A model generated the notes under the pieces. It was not told the DNA's origin and ran no database searches. It saw only the letters and a program-made list of their open reading frames with translations. A stretch of 64,000 nucleotides of DNA from the human T2T-CHM13v2.0 reference genome, Homo sapiens: assembly GCF_009914755.1 (NCBI RefSeq), contig NC_060942.1. The stretch is one strand, 5' to 3'. Numbering within the stretch: the first letter of the stretch is position 1; each line of letters opens with the position of its first letter. Shown piece by piece: positions 13,901 through 26,100 of the stretch. Position numbers and translations under genes: made by a program.

Positions 13901-16900
13901 GTTTGCATTCAAGTCAAAAGTTGAACACTCCCTTTCATAGAGCAGTCTTGAAACACCCCTTTTGTAGTATCTGGAACTGGACTTTTGGAGCGATTTCAGG
14001 GCTAAGGTGAAAAAGGAAATATCTTCCCATAAAAACTGGACAGAAGCATTCTCAGAAACTTGTTTATGCTGTATCTACTCAACTAACAAAGTTGAACCTT
14101 TCTTTTGATAGAGCAGTTTTGAAATGGTCTTTTTGTGGAATCTGCAAGTGGATATTTGGCTAGTTTTGAGGATTTCGTTGGAAGCGGGAATTCATACAAA
14201 TTGCAGACTGCAGCGTTCTGAGAAACATCTTTGTGATGTTTGTATTCAGGACAGAGAGTTGAACATTCCCTATCATAGAGCAGGTTGGAATCACTCCTTT
14301 TGTAGTATCTGGAAGTGGACATTTGGAGCGCTTTCAGGCCTATTTTGGAAAGGGAAATATCTTCCCGTAACAACTATGCAGAAGCATTCTCAGAAACTTG
14401 TTTGTGATGTGTGCCCTCTACTGACAGAGTTGAACCTTTCTTTTCATAGAGCAGTTTTGAAACACTCTTTTTGTAGAATCTGCAAGAGGATATTTGCATA
14501 GCTTTGAGGATTTCGTGGGAAACGGGATTGTCTTCAGGTAAAATCTAGACAGAAGCATTCTCAGAAACTTCTTTGGGATGTTTGCATTCAAGTCACAGAG
14601 TAGAACATTCCCTTTGGTAGAGCAGGTTTGAAACACTCTTTTTGTAGTATCTGGAAGTGGACATTTGGAGCGCTTTCAGGCCCATGTTGGAAAGGGAAAT
14701 ATCTTCCCGTAACAACTAGGCAGAAGCATTCTCAGAAACTTATTTGAGATGTGTGTACTCAACTAAGAGAATTGAACCACCGTTTTGAAGGAGCAGTTTT
14801 GAAACACTCTTTTTCTGGAATCTGCAAGAGTATATTTGCCTAGCCTTGAGGATTTCGTTGGAAACGGGATTGTCTTCAGAGAAAATCTAGACAGAAGCAT
14901 TCTCAGAAACTTCTTTGGGATGTTTGCATTCAAGTCACAGAGTAGAACATTCCCTTTGGTAGAGCAGGTTTGAAACACTCTTTTTTTAGTATATGGAAGT
15001 GGACATTTGGAGCGCTTTCAGGCCTACGTTGGAAAAGGAAATATCTTCCCATAACAACTAGACAGAAGCATTCTCAGAAACTAGTTTCTGATGTGTGTCC
15101 TCAACTAACACAGTTGAACATTTCTTTAGACAGAACAGTTTTGAAACACTCTTTTTGTGGAATCTGCAAGTGGCTATTTGGCTAGATTTGAGGATTTCGT
15201 TGGAAACGGGATTACATATAAAAAGCAGTCAGCAGCATTCTCAGAAAGTTCTTTGTGATGATTGCATTCAAGTCACAGAATTGAACATTCCCTTTCACAG
15301 AGCAGGTTTGAAACACTCTTTTTGTAGTGTGTGTAAGTGGACATTTGGAGCACTTACCGGCCTAAGGTGAAAAAGGAAATATCTTCCCATAAAAACTAGA
15401 CAGAAGCATTCTCAGAAACTTACTCGTGATGTGTGTCCTCAACTAAAGGAGTAGAACCTTTCTTTTCATAGAGAAGTTTTGAAACGCTCTTTTTGTGGAA
15501 TCTGCAAGTGGATATTTGGCTAGTTTTGAGGATTTCGTTGGAAGCGGGAATTCATACAAATTGCAGACTGCAGCGTTCTGAGAAACATCTTTGTGATGTT
15601 TGTATTCAGGACACAGAGTTGAACATTCCCTATCATAGAGCAGGTTTGAATCACTCCTTTTGTAGTATCTGGAAGTGGACATTTGGAGTGCTTTCAGGCC
15701 TATGTTGGAAAAGGAAATATCTTCCCATAACAACTAGACAGAAGCATTCTCAGAAACTTATTTGAGATGTGTGTACTCAACTAAGAGAATTGAACCACCG
15801 TTTTGAAGGAGCAGTTTTGAAACACTCTTTTTCTGGAATCTGCAAGTGGATATTTGGCTAGCTTTGGGGATTTCGCTGGAAGCGGGAATACATATAAAAA
15901 GCACACAGCAGCGTTCTGAGAAACTGCTTTCTGATGTTTGCATTCAAGTCAAAAGTTGAACACTCCCTTTCATAGAGCAGTCTTGAAACACCCCTTTTGT
16001 AGTATCTGGAACTGGACTTTTGGAGCGATTTCAGGGCTAAGGTGAAAAAGGAAATATCTTCCCATAAAAACTGGACAGAAGCATTCTCAGAAACTTGGTT
16101 ATGCTGTATCTACTCAACTAACAAAGTTGAACCTTTCTTTTGATAGAGCAGTTTTGAAATGGTCTTTTTGTGGAATCTGCAAGTGGATATTTGGCTAGTT
16201 TTGAGGATTTCGTTGGAAGCGGGAATTCATACAAATTGCAGACTGCAGCGTTCTGAGAAACATCTTTGTGATGTTTGTATTCAGGACAGAGAGTTGAACA
16301 TTCCCTATCATAGAGCAGGTTGGAATCACTCCTTTTGTAGTATCTGGAAGTGGACATTTGGAGCGCTTTCAGGCCTATTTTGGAAAGGGAAATATCTTCC
16401 CGTAACAACTATGCAGAAGCATTCTCAGAAACTTGTTTGTGATGTGTGCCCTCTACTGACAGAGTTGAACCTTTCTTTTCATAGAGCAGTTTTGAAACAC
16501 TCTTTTTGTAGAATCTGCAAGAGGATATTTGCATAGCTTTGAGGATTTCGTGGGAAACGGGATTGTCTTCAGGTAAAATCTAGACAGAAGCATTCTCAGA
16601 AACTTCTTTGGGATGTTTGCATTCAAGTCACAGAGTAGAACATTCCCTTTGGTAGAGCAGGTTTGAAACACTCTTTTTGTAGTATCTGGAAGTGGACATT
16701 TGGAGCGCTTTCAGGCCCATGTTGGAAAGGGAAATATCTTCCCGTAACAACTAGGCAGAAGCATTCTCAGAAACTTATTTGAGATGTGTGTACTCAACTA
16801 AGAGAATTGAACCACCGTTTTGAAGGAGCAGTTTTGAAACACTCTTTTTCTGGAATCTGCAAGAGTATATTTGCCTAGCCTTGAGGATTTCGTTGGAAAC

Positions 16901-19900
16901 GGGATTGTCTTCAGAGAAAATCTAGACAGAAGCATTCTCAGAAACTTCTTTGGGATGTTTGCATTCAAGTCACAGAGTAGAACATTCCCTTTGGTAGAGC
17001 AGGTTTGAAACACTCTTTTTTTAGTATATGGAAGTGGACATTTGGAGCGCTTTCAGGCCTACGTTGGAAAAGGAAATATCTTCCCATAACAACTAGACAG
17101 AAGCATTCTCAGAAACTAGTTTCTGATGTGTGTCCTCAACTAACACAGTTGAACATTTCTTTAGACAGAACAGTTTTGAAACACTCTTTTTGTGGAATCT
17201 GCAAGTGGCTATTTGGCTAGATTTGAGGATTTCGTTGGAAACGGGATTACATATAAAAAGCAGTCAGCAGCATTCTCAGAAAGTTCTTTGTGATGATTGC
17301 ATTCAAGTCACAGAATTGAACATTCCCTTTCACAGAGCAGGTTTGAAACACTCTTTTTGTAGTGTGTGTAAGTGGACATTTGGAGCACTTACCGGCCTAA
17401 GGTGAAAAAGGAAATATCTTCCCATAAAAACTAGACAGAAGCATTCTCAGAAACTTACTCGTGATGTGTGTCCTCAACTAAAGGAGTAGAACCTTTCTTT
17501 TCATAGAGAAGTTTTGAAACGCTCTTTTTGTGGAATCTGCAAGTGGATATTTGGCTAGTTTTGAGGATTTCGTTGGAAGCGGGAATTCATACAAATTGCA
17601 GACTGCAGCGTTCTGAGAAACATCTTTGTGATGTTTGTATTCAGGACACAGAGTTGAACATTCCCTATCATAGAGCAGGTTTGAATCACTCCTTTTGTAG
17701 TATCTGGAAGTGGACATTTGGAGCGCTTTCAGGCCTATGTTGGAAAAGGAAATATCTTCCCATAACAACTAGACAGAAGCATTCTCAGAAACTTATTTGA
17801 GATGTGTGTACTCAACTAAGAGAATTGAACCACCGTTTTGAAGGAGCAGTTTTGAAACACTCTTTTTCTGGAATCTGCAAGTGGATATTTGGCTAGCTTT
17901 GGGGATTTCGCTGGAAGCGGGAATACATATAAAAAGCACACAGCAGCGTTCTGAGAAACTGCTTTCTGATGTTTGCATTCAAGTCAAAAGTTGAACACTC
18001 CCTTTCATAGAGCAGTCTTGAAACACCCCTTTTGTAGTATCTGGAACTGGACTTTTGGAGCGATTTCAGGGCTAAGGTGAAAAAGGAAATATCTTCCCAT
18101 AAAAACTGGACAGAAGCATTCTCAGAAACTTGGTTATGCTGTATCTACTCAACTAACAAAGTTGAACCTTTCTTTTGATAGAGCAGTTTTGAAATGGTCT
18201 TTTTGTGGAATCTGCAAGTGGATATTTGGCTAGTTTTGAGGATTTCGTTGGAAGCGGGAATTCATACAAATTGCAGACTGCAGCGTTCTGAGAAACATCT
18301 TTGTGATGTTTGTATTCAGGACAGAGAGTTGAACATTCCCTATCATAGAGCAGGTTGGAATCACTCCTTTTGTAGTATCTGGAAGTGGACATTTGGAGCG
18401 CTTTCAGGCCTATTTTGGAAAGGGAAATATCTTCCCGTAACAACTATGCAGAAGCATTCTCAGAAACTTGTTTGTGATGTGTGCCCTCTACTGACAGAGT
18501 TGAACCTTTCTTTTCATAGAGCAGTTTTGAAACACTCTTTTTGTAGAATCTGCAAGAGGATATTTGCATAGCTTTGAGGATTTCGTGGGAAACGGGATTG
18601 TCTTCAGGTAAAATCTAGACAGAAGCATTCTCAGAAACTTCTTTGGGATGTTTGCATTCAAGTCACAGAGTAGAACATTCCCTTTGGTAGAGCAGGTTTG
18701 AAACACTCTTTTTGTAGTATCTGGAAGTGGACATTTGGAGCGCTTTCAGGCCCATGTTGGAAAGGGAAATATCTTCCCGTAACAACTAGGCAGAAGCATT
18801 CTCAGAAACTTATTTGAGATGTGTGTACTCAACTAAGAGAATTGAACCACCGTTTTGAAGGAGCAGTTTTGAAACACTCTTTTTCTGGAATCTGCAAGAG
18901 TATATTTGCCTAGCCTTGAGGATTTCGTTGGAAACGGGATTGTCTTCAGAGAAAATCTAGACAGAAGCATTCTCAGAAACTTCTTTGGGATGTTTGCATT
19001 CAAGTCACAGAGTAGAACATTCCCTTTGGTAGAGCAGGTTTGAAACACTCTTTTTTTAGTATATGGAAGTGGACATTTGGAGCGCTTTCAGGCCTACGTT
19101 GGAAAAGGAAATATCTTCCCATAACAACTAGACAGAAGCATTCTCAGAAACTAGTTTCTGATGTGTGTCCTCAACTAACACAGTTGAACATTTCTTTAGA
19201 CAGAACAGTTTTGAAACACTCTTTTTGTGGAATCTGCAAGTGGCTATTTGGCTGGATTTGAGGATTTCGTTGGAAACGGGATTACATATAAAAAGCAGTC
19301 AGCAGCATTCTCAGAAAGTTCTTTGTGATGATTGCATTCAAGTCACAGAATTGAACATTCCCTTTCACAGAGCAGGTTTGAAACACTCTTTTTGTAGTGT
19401 GTGTAAGTGGACATTTGGAGCACTTACCGGCCTAAGGTGAAAAAGGAAATATCTTCCCATAAAAACTAGACAGAAGCATTCTCAGAAACTTACTCGTGAT
19501 GTGTGTCCTCAACTAAAGGAGTAGAACCTTTCTTTTCATAGAGAAGTTTTGAAACGCTCTTTTTGTGGAATCTGCAAGTGGATATTTGGCTAGTTTTGAG
19601 GATTTCGTTGGAAGCGGGAATTCATACAAATTGCAGACTGCAGCGTTCTGAGAAACATCTTTGTGATGTTTGTATTCAGGACACAGAGTTGAACATTCCC
19701 TATCATAGAGCAGGTTTGAATCACTCCTTTTGTAGTATCTGGAAGTGGACATTTGGAGCGCTTTCAGGCCTATGTTGGAAAAGGAAATATCTTCCCATAA
19801 CAACTAGACAGAAGCATTCTCAGAAACTTATTTGAGATGTGTGTACTCAACTAAGAGAATTGAACCACCGTTTTGAAGGAGCAGTTTTGAAACTCTCTTT

Positions 19901-20489
19901 TTCTGGAATCTGCAAGTGGATATTTGGCTAGCTTTGGGGATTTCGCTGGAAGCGGGAATACATATAAAAAGCACACAGCAGCGTTCTGAGAAACTGCTTT
20001 CTGATGTTTGCATTCAAGTCAAAAGTTGAACACTCCCTTTCATAGAGCAGTCTTGAAACACCCCTTTTGTAGTATCTGGAACTGGACTTTTGGAGCGATT
20101 TCAGGGCTAAGGTGAAAAAGGAAATATCTTCCCATAAAAACTGGACAGAAGCATTCTCAGAAACTTGTTTATGCTGTATCTACTCAACTAACAAAGTTGA
20201 ACCTTTCTTTTGATAGAGCAGTTTTGAAATGGTCTTTTTGTGGAATCTGCAAGTGGATATTTGGCTAGTTTTGAGGATTTCGTTGGAAGCGGGAATTCAT
20301 ACAAATTGCAGACTGCAGCGTTCTGAGAAACATCTTTGTGATGTTTGTATTCAGGACACAGAGTTGAACATTCCCTATCATAGAGCAGGTTGGAATCACT
20401 CCTTTTGTAGTATCTGGAAGTGGACATTTGGAGCGCTTTCAGGCCTATTTTGGAAAGGGAAATATCTTCCCGTAACAACTATGCAGAAG

Positions 20490-23199
20490 CATTCTCAGAA
20501 ACTTGTTTGTGATGTGTGCCCTCTACTGACAGAGTTGAACCTTTCTTTTCATAGAGCAGTTTTGAAACACTCTTTTTGTAGAATCTGCAAGAGGATATTT
20601 GCATAGCTTTGAGGATTTCGTGGGAAACGGGATTGTCTTCAGGTAAAATCTAGACAGAAGCATTCTCAGAAACTTCTTTGGGATGTTTGCATTCAAGTCA
20701 CAGAGTAGAACATTCCCTTTGGTAGAGCAGGTTTGAAACACTCTTTTTGTAGTATCTGGAAGTGGACATTTGGAGCGCTTTCAGGCCCATGTTGGAAAGG
20801 GAAATATCTTCCCGTAACAACTAGGCAGAAGCATTCTCAGAAACTTATTTGAGATGTGTGTACTCAACTAAGAGAATTGAACCACCGTTTTGAAGGAGCA
20901 GTTTTGAAACACTCTTTTTCTGGAATCTGCAAGAGTATATTTGCCTAGCCTTGAGGATTTCGTTGGAAACGGGATTGTCTTCAGAGAAAATCTAGACAGA
21001 AGCATTCTCAGAAACTTCTTTGGGATGTTTGCATTCAAGTCACAGAGTAGAACATTCCCTTTGGTAGAGCAGGTTTGAAACACTCTTTTTTTAGTATATG
21101 GAAGTGGACATTTGGATCGCTTTCAGGCCTACGTTGGAAAAGGAAATATCTTCCCATAACAACTAGACAGAAGCATTCTCAGAAACTAGTTTCTGATGTG
21201 TGTCCTCAACTAACACAGTTGAACATTTCTTTAGACAGAACAGTTTTGAAACACTCTTTTTGTGGAATCTGCAAGTGGCTATTTGGCTGGATTTGAGGAT
21301 TTCGTTGGAAACGGGATTACATATAAAAAGCAGTCAGCAGCATTCTCAGAAAGTTCTTTGTGATGATTGCATTCAAGTCACAGAATTGAACATTCCCTTT
21401 CACAGAGCAGGTTTGAAACACTCTTTTTGTAGTGTGTGTAAGTGGACATTTGGAGCACTTACCGGCCTAAGGTGAAAAAGGAAATATCTTCCCATAAAAA
21501 CTAGACAGAAGCATTCTCAGAAACTTACTCGTGATGTGTGTCCTCAACTAAAGGAGTAGAACCTTTCTTTTCATAGAGAAGTTTTGAAACGCTCTTTTTG
21601 TGGAATCTGCAAGTGGATATTTGGCTAGTTTTGAGGATTTCGTTGGAAGCGGGAATTCATACAAATTGCAGACTGCAGCGTTCTGAGAAACATCTTTGTG
21701 ATGTTTGTATTCAGGACACAGAGTTGAACATTCCCTATCATAGAGCAGGTTGGAATCACTCCTTTTGTAGTATCTGGAAGTGGACATTTGGAGCGCTTTC
21801 AGGCCTATGTTGGAAAAGGAAATATCTTCCCATAACAACTAGACAGAAGCATTCTCAGAAACTTATTTGAGATGTGTGTACTCAACTAAGAGAATTGAAC
21901 CACCGTTTTGAAGGAGCAGTTTTGAAACTCTCTTTTTCTGGAATCTGCAAGTGGATATTTGGCTAGCTTTGGGGATTTCGCTGGAAGCGGGAATACATAT
22001 AAAAAGCACACAGCAGCGTTCTGAGAAACTGCTTTCTGATGTTTGCATTCAAGTCAAAAGTTGAACACTCCCTTTCATAGAGCAGTCTTGAAACACCCCT
22101 TTTGTAGTATCTGGAACTGGACTTTTGGAGCGATTTCAGGGCTAAGGTGAAAAAGGAAATATCTTCCCATAAAAACTGGACAGAAGCATTCTCAGAAACT
22201 TGTTTATGCTGTATCTACTCAACTAACAAAGTTGAACCTTTCTTTTGATAGAGCAGTTTTGAAATGGTCTTTTTGTGGAATCTGCAAGTGGATATTTGGC
22301 TAGTTTTGAGGATTTCGTTGGAAGCGGGAATTCATACAAATTGCAGACTGCAGCGTTCTGAGAAACATCTTTGTGATGTTTGTATTCAGGACACAGAGTT
22401 GAACATTCCCTATCATAGAGCAGGTTGGAATCACTCCTTTTGTAGTATCTGGAAGTGGACATTTGGAGCGCTTTCAGGCCTATGTTGGAAAAGGAAATAT
22501 CTTCCCATAACAACTAGACAGAAGCATTCTCAGAAACTTATTTGAGATGTGTGTACTCAACTAAGAGAATTGAACCACCGTTTTAAAGGAGCAGTTTTGA
22601 AACTCTCTTTTTCTGGAATCTGCAAGTGGATATTTGGCTAGCTTTGGGGATTTCGCTGGAAGCGGGAATACATATAAAAAGCACACAGCAGCGTTCTGAG
22701 AAACTGCTTTCTGATGTTTGCATTCAAGTCAAAAGTTGAACACTCCCTTTCATAGAGCAGTCTTGAAACACCCCTTTTGTAGTATCTGGAACTGGACTTT
22801 TGGAGCGATTTCAGGGCTAAGGTGAAAAAGGAAATATCTTCCCATAAAAACTGGACAGAAGCATTCTCAGAAACTTGTTTATGCTGTATCTACTCAACTA
22901 ACAAAGTTGAACCTTTCTTTTGATAGAGCAGTTTTGAAATGGTCTTTTTGTGGAATCTGCAAGTGGATATTTGGCTAGTTTTGAGGATTTCGTTGGAAGC
23001 GGGAATTCATACAAATTGCAGACTGCAGCGTTCTGAGAAACATCTTTGTGATGTTTGTATTCAGGACACAGAGTTGAACATTCCCTATCATAGAGCAGGT
23101 TGGAATCACTCCTTTTGTAGTATCTGGAAGTGGACATTTGGAGCGCTTTCAGGCCTATGTTGGAAAGGGAAATATCTTCCCGTAACAGCTATGCAGAAG
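20490..23199 (+). repeat. 16-mer HOR structural variant (H11, 2710 bp; extra 675 bp four-monomer block)
   Basis: The period jumps to 2710 (ORFs at 20523 and 23233). The m9-m10-m11 block appears twice, e.g. 'gaaatggtct' near 22261 and again near 22936. Confidence 0.95.
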
Positions 23200-26100
23200 C
23201 ATTCTCAGAAACTTGTTTGTGATGTGTGCCCTCTACTGACAGAGTTGAACCTTTCTTTTCATAGAGCAGTTTTGAAACACTCTTTTTGTAGAATCTGCAA
23301 GAGGATATTTGCATAGCTTTGAGGATTTCGTGGGAAACGGGATTGTCTTCAGGTAAAATCTAGACAGAAGCATTCTCAGAAACTTCTTTGGGATGTTTGC
23401 ATTCAAGTCACAGAGTAGAACATTCCCTTTGGTAGAGCAGGTTTGAAACACTCTTTTTGTAGTATCTGGAAGTGGACATTTGGAGCGCTTTCAGGCCCAT
23501 GTTGGAAAGGGAAATATCTTCCCGTAACAACTAGGCAGAAGCATTCTCAGAAACTTATTTGAGATGTGTGTACTCAACTAAGAGAATTGAACCACCGTTT
23601 TGAAGGAGCAGTTTTGAAACACTCTTTTTCTGGAATCTGCAAGAGTATATTTGCCTAGCCTTGAGGATTTCGTTGGAAACGGGATTGTCTTCAGAGAAAA
23701 TCTAGACAGAAGCATTCTCAGAAACTTCTTTGGGATGTTTGCATTCAAGTCACAGAGTAGAACATTCCCTTTGGTAGAGCAGGTTTGAAACACTCTTTTT
23801 TTAGTATATGGAAGTGGACATTTGGAGCGCTTTCAGGCCTACGTTGGAAAAGGAAATATCTTCCCATAACAACTAGACAGAAGCATTCTCAGAAACTAGT
23901 TTCTGATGTGTGTCCTCAACTAACACAGTTGAACATTTCTTTAGACAGAACAGTTTTGAAACACTCTTTTTGTGGAATCTGCAAGTGGCTATTTGGCTAG
24001 ATTTGAGGATTTCGTTGGAAACGGGATTACATATAAAAAGCAGTCAGCAGCATTCTCAGAAAGTTCTTTGTGATGATTGCATTCAAGTCACAGAATTGAA
24101 CATTCCCTTTCACAGAGCAGGTTTGAAACACTCTTTTTGTAGTGTGTGTAAGTGGACATTTGGAGCACTTACCGGCCTAAGGTGAAAAAGGAAATATCTT
24201 CCCATAAAAACTAGACAGAAGCATTCTCAGAAACTTACTCGTGATGTGTGTCCTCAACTAAAGGAGTAGAACCTTTCTTTTCATAGAGAAGTTTTGAAAC
24301 GCTCTTTTTGTGGAATCTGCAAGTGGATATTTGGCTAGTTTTGAGGATTTCGTTGGAAGCGGGAATTCATACAAATTGCAGACTGCAGCGTTCTGAGAAA
24401 CATCTTTGTGATGTTTGTATTCAGGACACAGAGTTGAACATTCCCTATCATAGAGCAGGTTGGAATCACTCCTTTTGTAGTATCTGGAAGTGGACATTTG
24501 GAGCGCTTTCAGGCCTATGTTGGAAAAGGAAATATCTTCCCATAACAACTAGACAGAAGCATTCTCAGAAACTTATTTGAGATGTGTGTACTCAACTAAG
24601 AGAATTGAACCACCGTTTTGAAGGAGCAGTTTTGAAACTCTCTTTTTCTGGAATCTGCAAGTGGATATTTGGCTAGCTTTGGGGATTTCGCTGGAAGCGG
24701 GAATACATATAAAAAGCACACAGCAGCGTTCTGAGAAACTGCTTTCTGATGTTTGCATTCAAGTCAAAAGTTGAACACTCCCTTTCATAGAGCAGTCTTG
24801 AAACACCCCTTTTGTAGTATCTGGAACTGGACTTTTGGAGCGATTTCAGGGCTAAGGTGAAAAAGGAAATATCTTCCCATAAAAACTGGACAGAAGCATT
24901 CTCAGAAACTTGTTTATGCTGTATCTACTCAACTAACAAAGTTGAACCTTTCTTTTGATAGAGCAGTTTTGAAATGGTCTTTTTGTGGAATCTGCAAGTG
25001 GATATTTGGCTAGTTTTGAGGATTTCGTTGGAAGCGGGAATTCATACAAATTGCAGACTGCAGCGTTCTGAGAAACATCTTTGTGATGTTTGTATTCAGG
25101 ACACAGAGTTGAACATTCCCTATCATAGAGCAGGTTGGAATCACTCCTTTTGTAGTATCTGGAAGTGGACATTTGGAGCGCTTTCAGGCCTATTTTGGAA
25201 AGGGAAATATCTTCCCGTAACAACTATGCAGAAGCATTCTCAGAAACTTGTTTGTGATGTGTGCCCTCTACTGACAGAGTTGAACCTTTCTTTTCATAGA
25301 GCAGTTTTGAAACACTCTTTTTGTAGAATCTGCAAGAGGATATTTGCATAGCTTTGAGGATTTCGTGGGAAACGGGATTGTCTTCAGGTAAAATCTAGAC
25401 AGAAGCATTCTCAGAAACTTCTTTGGGATGTTTGCATTCAAGTCACAGAGTAGAACATTCCCTTTGGTAGAGCAGGTTTGAAACACTCTTTTTGTAGTAT
25501 CTGGAAGTGGACATTTGGAGCGCTTTCAGGCCCATGTTGGAAAGGGAAATATCTTCCCGTAACAACTAGGCAGAAGCATTCTCAGAAACTTATTTGAGAT
25601 GTGTGTACTCAACTAAGAGAATTGAACCACCGTTTTGAAGGAGCAGTTTTGAAACACTCTTTTTCTGGAATCTGCAAGAGTATATTTGCCTAGCCTTGAG
25701 GATTTCGTTGGAAACGGGATTGTCTTCAGAGAAAATCTAGACAGAAGCATTCTCAGAAACTTCTTTGGGATGTTTGCATTCAAGTCACAGAGTAGAACAT
25801 TCCCTTTGGTAGAGCAGGTTTGAAACACTCTTTTTGTAGTATCTGGAAGTGGACATTTGGAGCGCTTTCAGGCCTACGTTGGAAAAGGAAATATCTTCCC
25901 ATAACAACTAGACAGAAGCATTCTCAGAAACTAGTTTCTGATGTGTGTCCTCAACTAACACAGTTGAACATTTCTTTAGACAGAACAGTTTTGAAACACT
26001 CTTTTTGTGGAATCTGCAAGTGGCTATTTGGCTAGATTTGAGGATTTCGTTGGAAACGGGATTACATATAAAAAGCAGTCAGCAGCATTCTCAGAAAGTT

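Larger units (their letters stand above)
140..20489 (+). repeat. Ten canonical 12-mer HORs (H1-H10)
   Basis: Exact 2035 bp spacing with no indels seen; only a few substitutions differ between copies. Confidence 0.95.
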
